Source: Actinomycetota bacterium
GTDB taxonomy: Bacteria > Actinomycetota > Acidimicrobiia > Acidimicrobiales > JAMCPD01
NCBI GenBank assembly: GCA_023379935.1
Contig: JAMCPD010000017.1
Span: 2,824-66,823 of the forward strand
Length of the DNA stretch: 64,000 bases
Direction: 5' to 3'
A program made the translations under genes and the position numbers. Numbering within the stretch: position 1 is the first letter of the stretch; each line of letters starts with the position of its first letter. Positions 37,201 through 47,020 of the stretch are shown here, piece by piece. Below the pieces are notes generated by a model. The model did no database searches and was not told the DNA's origin. It was given only the letters and a program-made list of their open reading frames with translations.

Positions 37201-38682
37201 ATGATGAGGCTCATGGTTATAAAAAAATCAGTTTATCAATGTAGCGAATGTTCCAACTTAACCTCAAAATGGAAAGGGCGTTGCGATTCATGCGGTGCTT
37301 GGAATACTGTGGGGGAGTATGAGAATCCTTCCGGTGGATACTCTAACAGCTTAAGCGGGTATTTAGATGTTTTAGATGCTAAGCCGGTTCCAATGTGCGA
37401 GATAAGTATAAGCGATGCAACCACTTGTATTCCCACCGGAGTGCTTGAAATAGACAGAGTTCTTGGAGGTGGTTTATTACCGGGTTCGGTGACGCTTTTA
37501 GGCGGTGAGCCCGGAATTGGTAAGTCTACTTTAATTATACAAGCACTCGGTGCTCTAGCCGCCAGAGGCCATAAGGTATTGATGATTTGTGCGGAAGAAT
37601 CGGTTAACCAAGTATATTTAAGGGCGGAGCGCTTGGGTGTTTGTCGTGATAATTTTTGGTTGTTGCCAGAAACGAACTTGTCAAAGGCGCTTGAGTCCAT
37701 ATCGAACATTGCTCCCTTGTTAGTGGTTGTTGATTCCATACAAACTGTTTTTGATCCGCGAGTTAACTCCGCCCCTGGCAGCTTGCTTCAGGTACGTGCA
37801 TGTGCCGAACAACTTGTACGTTTGGCGAAGATTACCGATATATCGGTTATATTGATTGGTCATGTGAACAAAGAAGGCGCTTTAGCCGGTCCGAAGGTGT
37901 TGGAACATATTGTAGATACGGTTTTATCTTTTGAGGCTGAACGCTACTCTTCCTTGAAACTTTTAAGGGCGACAAAACATCGCTTTGGCCCTACAGGCGA
38001 GTTAGGTGTGTTCGAAATGACTCCGGGTGGGCTTAGTGAGGTTTTTGATCCCAGTAAACTCTGGCTTGTTGATTACGGTAGTGACGGTTCTGACCGGCGG
38101 CGAGGAGTTGTGTTTGCAACCATGGAAGGACCGAGAGCATTGCTTGTCGAATTGCAGGCGTTGGTGGTCAGATCTACCGCTTCTATGCCCAGACGTTTTG
38201 TACAGGGCTTGGATCAACAAAAATTATCAATGGTTATGGCTGTTTGTGAACGTATAACCGGTTTGCACCTTGGAGGCATGGATGTGTTTGCTTCTGTTAC
38301 GTCAGGGTTGAAGATAGTTGAACCGGCGGTGGACTTACCTTTGGCCTTGAGCTTGATCTTAGCTGCCTATGGTATTGCATTACCGGAAGGATTGGTTGCC
38401 ATAGGTGAAGTAGGCTTGGGTGGTGAAGTCAGGCAAGTTTCACAACTTACAAAACGTTTGGCGGAGGCAAATAGGTTGGGATTCAAAAAGGCCATAGTGC
38501 CGTATAATACTGTACCTGATGACAAAGAGGGTAAAAGCGGAATTGAGTTGTTCCAAGTGAGAAGTCTGTCGGAAGCTTTTGACATCGTGTTGTCGAAGCA
38601 GAAAAGAAAGCCCCTACCGATTGGCGATGGTCAAGACTGTGGTCCTGTGCGCAAGATTGCCGTGTCATCCGTACCCAGATAA
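37201..38682 (+). CDS. radA: DNA repair protein RadA/Sms
   Basis: 493 aa. Zinc finger CSECSN...CDSCGAW, Walker A GEPGIGKST, KHRFG (KNRFG-type) motif, Lon-like C-terminus. The start may be ATG 37213. Confidence 0.95.
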   Translation: MMRLMVIKKSVYQCSECSNLTSKWKGRCDSCGAWNTVGEYENPSGGYSNSLSGYLDVLDAKPVPMCEISISDATTCIPTGVLEIDRVLGGGLLPGSVTLLGGEPGIGKSTLIIQALGALAARGHKVLMICAEESVNQVYLRAERLGVCRDNFWLLPETNLSKALESISNIAPLLVVVDSIQTVFDPRVNSAPGSLLQVRACAEQLVRLAKITDISVILIGHVNKEGALAGPKVLEHIVDTVLSFEAERYSSLKLLRATKHRFGPTGELGVFEMTPGGLSEVFDPSKLWLVDYGSDGSDRRRGVVFATMEGPRALLVELQALVVRSTASMPRRFVQGLDQQKLSMVMAVCERITGLHLGGMDVFASVTSGLKIVEPAVDLPLALSLILAAYGIALPEGLVAIGEVGLGGEVRQVSQLTKRLAEANRLGFKKAIVPYNTVPDDKEGKSGIELFQVRSLSEAFDIVLSKQKRKPLPIGDGQDCGPVRKIAVSSVPR

Positions 38683-41600
38683 GCTGCGATGACGGCGGGA
38701 TCATTCAGCACTTCAAAAGGTAAACCCTTGGACAGCACTGCACCTAAGTGCATGCAGATCATCTTGTCCGCAATTGCGGAAACCAAAGGAACATCATGTT
38801 CTATGACAACAAAGGATGCTTTCGTCTTATCTCTCATGGCTAAAATCAGTTTGCCCAAAGCCTCGCTTTCCCGTTGAGCTACACCTGCGGAGGGTTCATC
38901 TAAAAGAAGTATTTGAGGATCATGAGCCAATATACAAGCAAGTTCAACTATTCTTCTGGTGCCGGTAGAGAGCTCTGAGACAAAAGAGTCTCTCCAACGC
39001 GTTAACCCCATTTCCACAAGCAGCTCATCAACTCTTTTTTGAGTTTGCTCTTCTGAATTAACTGCCGCTGAGAGTCTTAGCATATTGGCTAAAGGGTCTT
39101 TCACAGCAATGTGTTGTTCAAGTGCCACCGCCAATGTTTCCGCTACAGTCAAGAACGGGAATAATAAGGCATCCTGGAATACCCGGCCTATGCCCATGGT
39201 AGCTCTCTTGGAAGGAGGAATATTTGTTATCTCTTGATCGTTTAGAATGATTTTTCCTTGGTCTGGATATAAGAATCCCGAACATACATCGAACAATGTG
39301 GACTTTCCCGCTCCGTTGGCACCTATAATTCCTAAGATTTCTCCGGGCTCCACAGATATGTCCACACTGTCCAGCGCCGATATACCCCCGAAGTGCTTGC
39401 TGATTCCCACAACAGAAAAGCCACGTTGCCCATGAACGGCACCACCGGAACCGTTACCGGTCACATCGGGTGATAACTCCATATCAGCACGGGTAGATTC
39501 GTTTACAGCCACTTTTGATTGGGATTTAGACGCTGCACGTAAGAATACCGACCTAAGCAGGTTTGGCTGCTCTTCAAGTTTAGGAGTAGGGCCTGAAAAG
39601 CGTACCTGACCTCTTTCCATGAATACCGCTGTTGAAGCTATTGCGGTTGCAACGTTTACCGACTGTTCAACCACTACTATGGTTACACCTGATAGAGACA
39701 ACTGCCGTATAACGGGGATTAACTGTGCCACCACCGTAGGGGCCAACCCAAGTGATAACTCATCTATCAAAAGTAGTTTCGGCTTGCATAACAAGGCTTG
39801 CGCCAGTGTGAGCATTTGCTGTTCTCCTCCGGACAACAGTCCCGCCTTAGAAGAGAGTCTGTCTTTTAATATGGGGAATAAAGTGAAAACTTGATTCATG
39901 GTATCATTGATGAACTGCTGATTATTATGGTTCACCCATCCGGCCAGTTCAAGGTTTTCCGCAACAGTTAAGGAGGGGAATACCCCTTTTCCTCCCGGCA
40001 TTGTTACCAACCCTGCCAGTACACGAGAGATTGGGTCCCAATTAGTTATGTCCTTACCATCAAAGATAATCTTCCCCTTTTTTGCGTCTAAAATACCGGC
40101 GGCAACCTTTAAGGTAGTGGATTTTCCCGCGCCGTTAGTGCCCAACAAAGCCACAACTCCTCCTCTTTGGACAGACAAATTCACCGAGAAAAGTACTTGT
40201 GAACGTCCGTATGATGCGCTTATATCGGAACAAATCAGCAAAGCTTCTAAGTCCTTATCTTTCTCCGGGGTATGAGTCGTACGCGAAGTACCGGACTGTT
40301 GTTGTGTCATTTCCAAGTCTTCCAATGCACTGAGTTGTAATGCCGGGTCCAGTGAAGTTGACGAAGCGTCAGAAGGGATTGAGGCGTAAAGTGCATGTTC
40401 AGTGACACCCCGCTTTTTGGCAACAACAGATAGAATAAAATCTCTTATCATATAGAATACCCCACCCAAGCCTTCAGGCATAATATACAGTATAATCAAC
40501 ATTCCAGCTCCTGTAGCCAGATACTGCCATGCACCGGTAAGGAAGTACTGTATTCCCTCGTAAAATACCGCTCCCAACACAGCACCCAGGGGCGAAGCCA
40601 GTCCGCCTATCACAACCATTATGAACACGGTAAAGCTGGCATCAGGTGATATCCCTGCGAAGCCCAACCCTTTTAAATTGGTTACATACAGTCCGCCGGC
40701 CATCCCGGCCATTGCGCCTGCTACGGCAAAAGCAACGAGGCGTGTACGAAGCGGGCTTATCCCATATACTGCCGCACCTTTTGGGTTGTCCCTAACAGCC
40801 AGCATTATTCTTCCGACTCTGCTTTTTCTCATGTTGTGGGCGACGAACAGTCCAAATAACAGTACTGCTAAACACAGGTAGTAAAGGGTAAGTGGAGATC
40901 CCAAGGAAAAACGGTTGAACAGTATGGGTCTTGGGATAGAAGCAGGAACCAGTGATGGAAAGTAATTAGAGTTTAAGAAAAAAGTTGACACCGGTACGGC
41001 AAAGGCCATAGTTGTAACGGCTAAGAACAACCCGGGTATTCTAAGTGCGGGAAGCCCTACTATAATTGCAACTACAGCTCCCAGCGCTCCGGCAATTACC
41101 AGTGCAATCAGTAGGTTTATATGGGCGCTGACGGTAAGCCCTCCTATAGCAGCAGCTCCCACCCCGACGAAAGCAAACTGACCAAGACTTAGTTGGCCGG
41201 ACCATCCTGTTAGAATTACCAGTGACACTGCGACAATGGCATATACGGCGATGGATATCAATAAAGTTACTTTGGAAGTTGAAACTATTATTGGTATGAA
41301 TATCACCGCTCCAATGATTAAAACACCGAGAGTTATCTTTGACAGGCGAATTTCAGGCAACTTGGCAAGTATGTTCGGGATAGGTCTTGCTTCGCGCACG
41401 GCCGCATTTTGAGTGGACTCCGTGCCGGCGCGGGTATACTTTTTGAGTTTGAACAACAAAACGACCAACAGAAGCACAAAAGTTCCAACATCTATAAAAG
41501 TCGAGTTAGGATGTCCCCAAAATACAACTTGTTGAAAAACTCCCAATACCAATGCCGCAAAAAACGCAATTGGGAACGACTCCATACTGCCTATGGCAGC

Positions 41601-42434
41601 GGCGGCAAGAGGTATGAGCAACGTAGTAGGCCCTGTAGCCGCACCGATATTTGCTCCCTGTACGGCTTCGGTAAGGATTGACCCCAAGCCGGACAGTACG
41701 GCGGCGCTGACCCATACAATTATTGAAAGTCTTCTTATCGGTATTCCGAGCAGTAGGGCTCTTTCCGAAGAGTCTGCTGTTGCCCTTATTGCCGTGCCGT
41801 ATCTTGTGTGCTCTAAGAATGCCCACAGCAACACCATACACAAGGGAACTATTATAATTGTTACTATCATATTTCCATTGAAGATAATTGGCCCCCATGT
41901 AAACTGAGTCGAGGCAAAGGGGGTTGTAAATGTGGTAAGCGGGGAGAGGTTGGCAAAAAGTTTAGGCAAGCCCAGTTCACCGGCGGCCAAGAGTTGCGCC
42001 AAACCTATAGTCGCCACTGTAACTATTAATCGCGACGAGCGTTCAAAGCGCCTTACGAATACGACTTCGACCAGCCAGCCTGTCATAGCTGCTGCTATCA
42101 TCCCTATTACTAGGGCAACAAAAAAAGAAATATGTTCCCCTGTTACCATTAGAACTGCTGTTGCGGAAGCTAACCCTCCTATATTTGCTTGAGCAAAATT
42201 AATAATTCTGGACGAACGGTAGATCAATACCAATCCCATAGCGGTTAGTGCATATAAACCGCCATAAATTATACCCAATAGCCCTATGGCGGTGGGGATG
42301 CCTTTTGGCGTGAAGATACCGCCTACATACCAAGCAACTATCAGTGTAACAAATATGAGTGGATAAAGAACCCCTTTTTGCGAGAGCATTTCTCTGGCAT
42401 TTGCTAGTCCGCTGGGCATAGTTCTTGTCCGCAT
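38631..42434 (-). CDS. Fused LIV-type (branched-chain amino acid family) ABC importer: LivH-like permease + LivM-like permease + LivF-like ATPase + LivG-like ATPase in one 1267-aa ORF
   Basis: Continuous ORF. Two polytopic halves (...LVLIYRSSRIINFAQ... and ...LSLGQFAFVGVGA...). Walker A GTNGAGKST with LFPILKDRLSSKAGLLSGGEQQML (LivF-like), then GANGAGKST with ...NDPAVIAAYLG (LivG-like). Confidence 0.85.
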   Translation of the reverse strand: MRTRTMPSGLANAREMLSQKGVLYPLIFVTLIVAWYVGGIFTPKGIPTAIGLLGIIYGGLYALTAMGLVLIYRSSRIINFAQANIGGLASATAVLMVTGEHISFFVALVIGMIAAAMTGWLVEVVFVRRFERSSRLIVTVATIGLAQLLAAGELGLPKLFANLSPLTTFTTPFASTQFTWGPIIFNGNMIVTIIIVPLCMVLLWAFLEHTRYGTAIRATADSSERALLLGIPIRRLSIIVWVSAAVLSGLGSILTEAVQGANIGAATGPTTLLIPLAAAAIGSMESFPIAFFAALVLGVFQQVVFWGHPNSTFIDVGTFVLLLVVLLFKLKKYTRAGTESTQNAAVREARPIPNILAKLPEIRLSKITLGVLIIGAVIFIPIIVSTSKVTLLISIAVYAIVAVSLVILTGWSGQLSLGQFAFVGVGAAAIGGLTVSAHINLLIALVIAGALGAVVAIIVGLPALRIPGLFLAVTTMAFAVPVSTFFLNSNYFPSLVPASIPRPILFNRFSLGSPLTLYYLCLAVLLFGLFVAHNMRKSRVGRIMLAVRDNPKGAAVYGISPLRTRLVAFAVAGAMAGMAGGLYVTNLKGLGFAGISPDASFTVFIMVVIGGLASPLGAVLGAVFYEGIQYFLTGAWQYLATGAGMLIILYIMPEGLGGVFYMIRDFILSVVAKKRGVTEHALYASIPSDASSTSLDPALQLSALEDLEMTQQQSGTSRTTHTPEKDKDLEALLICSDISASYGRSQVLFSVNLSVQRGGVVALLGTNGAGKSTTLKVAAGILDAKKGKIIFDGKDITNWDPISRVLAGLVTMPGGKGVFPSLTVAENLELAGWVNHNNQQFINDTMNQVFTLFPILKDRLSSKAGLLSGGEQQMLTLAQALLCKPKLLLIDELSLGLAPTVVAQLIPVIRQLSLSGVTIVVVEQSVNVATAIASTAVFMERGQVRFSGPTPKLEEQPNLLRSVFLRAASKSQSKVAVNESTRADMELSPDVTGNGSGGAVHGQRGFSVVGISKHFGGISALDSVDISVEPGEILGIIGANGAGKSTLFDVCSGFLYPDQGKIILNDQEITNIPPSKRATMGIGRVFQDALLFPFLTVAETLAVALEQHIAVKDPLANMLRLSAAVNSEEQTQKRVDELLVEMGLTRWRDSFVSELSTGTRRIVELACILAHDPQILLLDEPSAGVAQRESEALGKLILAMRDKTKASFVVIEHDVPLVSAIADKMICMHLGAVLSKGLPFEVLNDPAVIAAYLGTDDTAILRTGPQS

Positions 42435-42624
42435 ATCTTGTTTAAACCTCCTTGGAATACTTCGCTGTTTTTGTTACTGTCTTCATACTGTGGTTGCATT
42501 ATAGTTCCTCTTGCTCTTGTGTTTTGGTATTGATATGGTATCTTAGTTTACTATAACAGTTTAATGAGTTAATTATAAGTTATAGATCAAAGTTTGTCGT
42601 TAGATGTGATAGGGCGCTAACCTG

Positions 42625-44493
42625 ATGTTTATGTCGTCAAAATTAAGTTCTGCTTTAGAGAGTTTGTCTTCACTCATACTTCCCCCTGAGTATGGAGGTC
42701 CGGAGCCGACTGTATTTGTGCCGCGTTTTAAGGCTTTCTTAGATGCTCAACCAAAAGCAGTGAGCATAGCGGTATATGTGGGTGCAACTCTTGTAAATAC
42801 CTGGGCATGTTTAACTACGGGCCATAGCTTGTCCTCATTACCTCCATCCCGTCGTGAACAGGTATTGGAAGGTTTCCTTCGTCATAAACAAACCGCGCTG
42901 GCTTTGGAAGGACTTAAAACTCTTGTTTTATTGGTGGCGGGATCGGAGCGCTTCAAGGATGAAATTTTGGCTTCTGCTAAGTCAACTTCACCGGCTAGGC
43001 CCGATGCTGTGTTGGATATAGCCTCAGCGGAGTGGTGGCCAAGTAGGTCCCGTTTTGATGCAGTTATAGTTGGCTCTGGTGCCGGCGGTGCTATGGCTGC
43101 AAGAACATTGGCCCGCAAGGGGATGGCTGTGCTTATTGTTGAAGAGGGCGCCAGGCATGGCGTGGAGGAGTTTAGAACCGTACACCCGTTAGAACGTTTT
43201 GCAAGTATTTACAGGGACGGTGGAAGCACGATGGCGCTTGGCGTACCACCGGTTGTGTTGCCTATAGGCCGGGCGGTTGGAGGGACAACGGTAATTAATT
43301 CCGGTACCTGTTACAGAACTCCCGAAGAGGTGATGTTACGATGGAGAGATGAAGAGGGGTTTGTGCTGGCTGATCCTGAACTGTTTAATCCTTATTTAGA
43401 TGAAGTGGAAGCCACTTTGGAAGTTGCTCCTGTTCGGTTGGAGGTAATGGGTGAAAACGGTAAGTTAGCCTTAGAAGGTGCCAAGGCACTGGGGTGGAAG
43501 GCATCACCTTTACTCCGTAATGCACCCGGATGTGGGGGGTGCTGCCAGTGTGCAATAGGCTGTCCTCGCAATGCCAAGTTTGGTGTTCATTTAAACGCCT
43601 TACCCCAAGCATGCCAGGATGGAGCTAAAATCTTATCGGATGCACGGGTTGATAAAATTTTGTTGGAAAATGGACATGCCAAAGGGGTTGTGGCCAGGCG
43701 TAAAGGGGGATCTTCGCTTATAATTCATGCCGATGTGGTTGTAGTAGCTTGCGGAGCCACCGAAACTCCCCTGTTGCTTAGGCGCTCTGGGATAGGCAAA
43801 CATCCCAAACTTGGACACAACTTGGCCATTCATCCCGGTGTCGGTGTTGGCGGACGTTTTGAAGAAGAGGTAGTGGCGTGGCGGGGTGTGCTTCAAAGCG
43901 CAGGCATAGAGGAGTTCCATGAGAAATATGGAATATTGATAGAAGCAACCTCTACACCTCCGGGTATGGGATCAATAATACTGCAGGGGTATGGAAAACA
44001 CCTACTTGATGAGTTGGACAACTCTGTTCACCTTGCTACATTGGGGGCAATGGTAGCCGACGGTCCAGCCGGGCGGGTAATCGGAAATAAGAACGCTTTA
44101 ATATTTTACAATTTAATGCGAAAAGACGGTAAAAAGTTGATAAAAGCCATTGAGGTCATGGCGAAACTGCTTTTTGCCGCTGGCGCTAAAGAAGTAATGA
44201 CGGGTATTCCGGGTGTAGCCCCACTGCACAAAGAAGATCAAATTGAGTCGGCTTTGAGCAATGTCAACTTTCGTGATTTGCACTTGGCGGCTTTTCATCC
44301 AACAGGTACTGCGGCGGCGGGTTCAAATCCCGATAATCATCCGGTTTTGCCTGACGGACGTCTGAGAGGAGTCCAAGGCGTTTGGTTGGCGGATGCCTCC
44401 ATTTTGCCTACTTGTCCAACAGTAAATCCCCAAGTATCAATTATGGCGGCAGCATTAGCGGTGGCGGATGGGATATCTAAGCCGTTAATGTGA
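42625..44493 (+). CDS. GMC-family FAD oxidoreductase with ~140-aa N-terminal extension
   Basis: 622 aa. DAVIVGSGAGGAMAA. Cys-rich CGGCCQCAIGCPRNAKF loop. C-terminal ADASILPT. Confidence 0.85.
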   Translation: MFMSSKLSSALESLSSLILPPEYGGPEPTVFVPRFKAFLDAQPKAVSIAVYVGATLVNTWACLTTGHSLSSLPPSRREQVLEGFLRHKQTALALEGLKTLVLLVAGSERFKDEILASAKSTSPARPDAVLDIASAEWWPSRSRFDAVIVGSGAGGAMAARTLARKGMAVLIVEEGARHGVEEFRTVHPLERFASIYRDGGSTMALGVPPVVLPIGRAVGGTTVINSGTCYRTPEEVMLRWRDEEGFVLADPELFNPYLDEVEATLEVAPVRLEVMGENGKLALEGAKALGWKASPLLRNAPGCGGCCQCAIGCPRNAKFGVHLNALPQACQDGAKILSDARVDKILLENGHAKGVVARRKGGSSLIIHADVVVVACGATETPLLLRRSGIGKHPKLGHNLAIHPGVGVGGRFEEEVVAWRGVLQSAGIEEFHEKYGILIEATSTPPGMGSIILQGYGKHLLDELDNSVHLATLGAMVADGPAGRVIGNKNALIFYNLMRKDGKKLIKAIEVMAKLLFAAGAKEVMTGIPGVAPLHKEDQIESALSNVNFRDLHLAAFHPTGTAAAGSNPDNHPVLPDGRLRGVQGVWLADASILPTCPTVNPQVSIMAAALAVADGISKPLM

Positions 44494-44526
44494 ACAGTTA
44501 TGCAGTTTTCAGTAGTTTTTTGAAAA

Positions 44527-45495
44527 ATGAATTCCTTCGCTAAGCATACCGGCGACACTTCTGGTATGCTTCCTCGCTGGAAAGGGCAAAAGGGACGATT
44601 AGAAGTATGGTATGCAACCGTTAGCGATCCCGATAATCAAATTGGCTTTTGGATACATCATGAGATGGTGGCACCTCTTGAAAGTCGGGCTTATGTACAC
44701 GGTTGGATTGGGGTGTTTTACCATGACAGCCCGCCCGAAGTGGAACGTTTTGGTCGTTCTTATCCGGACTATTTTCCGGCTGAAGTTCAAGATCCCAAAG
44801 CGGCCTTGTTTTCCTGTAAAGAGGTAGAGTTTGGTCAAGGTTGGATGCGGGGCAATACGCAAAACATAACTTGGGATCTTGAGTTCCAAGATGCAACTAA
44901 CCCCCTTTTTACCTTTCCTCGTATAGCTTGGGAACGGGAGCTTTTACCGGCTGCTCAGATAGTCCCTGCTCCCGCCGGACTGTTCACCGGAGAAGTGAAT
45001 ACGGCTGCTAAGCGGTTTTTATTTGAAAAAGCTTTAGGCGGCGTTGCCCATATTTATGGACATGGAAATGCTCTCCGATGGGTGTGGCTTCATGCCAATT
45101 TAAACTCTACAGATGTGTTGGAGATAGTATCGGCCAAGTCAAACAGCTTTTCATCTCTTCCGCTCATGGGTTTTGTGAAACTGCGGATAGGGAATTTGGA
45201 ATGGCCGGAAAATACGCTGCTTAGTGCGTTAAAGTTTCATACTAAATTAAAATTTCCCGATTTTGAACTGACAGGTACTGTCGGTCGCAGGAGGATCAGG
45301 GTACAGGTTCATATACCTCTCCAAAATGCGGTGGCACTTTCTTATACGGATCCCGACGGCGAAACTGCAACTTGCACTAATAGCGAAATAGCGGATGCTG
45401 TGATAGTATTAGAGAAGAAGTACCGGAGTTGGGAAACTGAAGCCAACTGGTGTTTAAAAGGAACAGCGCATGCCGAGATAGGAACCAGACCATGA
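44527..45495 (+). CDS. Hypothetical protein (beta-rich; weak resemblance to tocopherol-cyclase/CrtC/AttH-like proteins)
   Basis: 322 aa. LEVWYATVSDPDNQIGFWIHHEMV recalls the EWWY...G motif of that superfamily, but no firm assignment is possible. 4-nt ATGA overlap with the next gene. Confidence 0.7.
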   Translation: MNSFAKHTGDTSGMLPRWKGQKGRLEVWYATVSDPDNQIGFWIHHEMVAPLESRAYVHGWIGVFYHDSPPEVERFGRSYPDYFPAEVQDPKAALFSCKEVEFGQGWMRGNTQNITWDLEFQDATNPLFTFPRIAWERELLPAAQIVPAPAGLFTGEVNTAAKRFLFEKALGGVAHIYGHGNALRWVWLHANLNSTDVLEIVSAKSNSFSSLPLMGFVKLRIGNLEWPENTLLSALKFHTKLKFPDFELTGTVGRRRIRVQVHIPLQNAVALSYTDPDGETATCTNSEIADAVIVLEKKYRSWETEANWCLKGTAHAEIGTRP

Positions 45496-46982
45496 ACTAC
45501 AAAACTACTGAGACAACAGGTGTAAAAAATAAAAAAATTCAAAATAACGGACAAGACAAATCCGAAGATGTATCGCAAATGTCAGAAGTTCAAACTGGGT
45601 TAGCTAAAGCGAAAGAGGCATCTTTCTTGTGGCGCAGTTTGTCTTTTGACGCCCGGGCCAAACATATGTTGGCCGTAAAGCGCTTATTGATAAAAAATCT
45701 TGATGAAGTGGTGGACACGGTAACTGCTGAAACAGGCAAGATAAGTACTGAAGTAGTTGTAAATGAGGTACTGGTTGTTTCAGAGTTGATCTCTTACTAC
45801 GCAAAGCATGCCAAGGAGATTTTGGCTACCCGAAAAGTGTCATCCGGCTTATTGCGTCATAAGCGGGCGGAAAAGCGTTATGAGCCTTTAGGTGTTATAG
45901 GGATCATAAGCCCTTGGAACTATCCATTAACGCTTTCTTTGGGCCCTGTATCGACTGCTTTGTTTGCCGGTAATACCGTGGTGTTGAAACCTTCTGAGAT
46001 TACCCCCTCAGTTGGTGTTTTGATAGGTAAGTTGTTTAGCCAGATGAGCGAATATTCTGACATCGTGCAGGTTGTAACCGGGGATGGCAAAGTCGGTGAG
46101 GAGTTGGTACGAAGCGGCGTGGACAAGATAGCCTTTACCGGTTCTGTGGCCACAGGAAAAGCTGTTATGAGGGCCGCTTCAGATAGTTTGACTCCCGTGT
46201 TGCTTGAACTTGGCGGTAAAGATCCGATGATAGTCTGCTCTGATGCAGACTTGGATAGAGCGGCTAATGCGGCGGTCTGGGGAGCTTTTACAAATGCCGG
46301 TCAGACTTGTATGGCCGTGGAGAGAGTTTATGTGGTGAAAGAAGTTTATGACGAGTTTGTGGACAAAGTAATAAAAGCTACCTCCAAGGTACACCAAGGC
46401 ACGGGGGGTGGCAGTGACATAGGTGCGGTTACCCATCAGGGACAAATGCAGATTATCGAAAGACATTTGGCGGATGCTCTCTCCAAAGGTGCTGAAGTCG
46501 TATATGGCGGGAGTAAGGTTATGGTTGGAAATCGCCCTTCGCTTCAACCCACGGTGTTAGTTGGCGTTGATCATTCCATGCAGGTTATGACAGAAGAAAC
46601 TTTTGGTCCGATCTTACCCATAATGGAGGTTGAAGATGTCGCTGAAGCTCTCTGGTTGGCTAACGATACGCCTTTTGGGTTGAACTCTTCTGTGTGGACA
46701 TCGGATACTTCTATGGCTGATAAGTTGGTTTCGGGTCTTCAATCGGGGACTGTTTGCGTAAATGATTGCATGGTCTCTTATGCTATGCCTGCTTTAGCAT
46801 TTGGTGGAGTGAAAAGTTCGGGAATGGGCAGGTCACATGGTCCGGAAGGTTTGCGTGAGTTCAGTCAGTTGAAATCGGTTGCCTATGACCGCTTAGGTGT
46901 TAAAAAAGAGTTGCATTGGCTTCCTTTACCAAAGAGTCTCGAGCGCTCGGTGCGCTTGGCGTTGAAAATGCGCCATGGTTGA
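45492..46982 (+). CDS. NAD(P)-dependent aldehyde dehydrogenase
   Basis: VLLELGGKDP (catalytic Glu region), FTNAGQTCMAVERVYV (catalytic Cys), EETFGP. I chose the ATG at 45492 (ATGA overlap) rather than the ORF-track 45450. Confidence 0.9.
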   Translation: MNYKTTETTGVKNKKIQNNGQDKSEDVSQMSEVQTGLAKAKEASFLWRSLSFDARAKHMLAVKRLLIKNLDEVVDTVTAETGKISTEVVVNEVLVVSELISYYAKHAKEILATRKVSSGLLRHKRAEKRYEPLGVIGIISPWNYPLTLSLGPVSTALFAGNTVVLKPSEITPSVGVLIGKLFSQMSEYSDIVQVVTGDGKVGEELVRSGVDKIAFTGSVATGKAVMRAASDSLTPVLLELGGKDPMIVCSDADLDRAANAAVWGAFTNAGQTCMAVERVYVVKEVYDEFVDKVIKATSKVHQGTGGGSDIGAVTHQGQMQIIERHLADALSKGAEVVYGGSKVMVGNRPSLQPTVLVGVDHSMQVMTEETFGPILPIMEVEDVAEALWLANDTPFGLNSSVWTSDTSMADKLVSGLQSGTVCVNDCMVSYAMPALAFGGVKSSGMGRSHGPEGLREFSQLKSVAYDRLGVKKELHWLPLPKSLERSVRLALKMRHG

Positions 46983-47020
46983 GTTGGCATTAGTTGGAAA
47001 GGAACTGATAGGATAAGATT

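Noticed and set aside
37236-37739. 167-aa minus-strand ORF within radA
   Set aside because: It is antisense to the RadA zinc-finger and Walker A region and has no independent support.
38631-42434. Interpreting the 1267-aa ABC ORF as several genes merged by my misreading
   Set aside because: The supplied ORF track gives one uninterrupted translation through all four domains, so the fusion is a property of the sequence as given. Only a sequencing error could split it.
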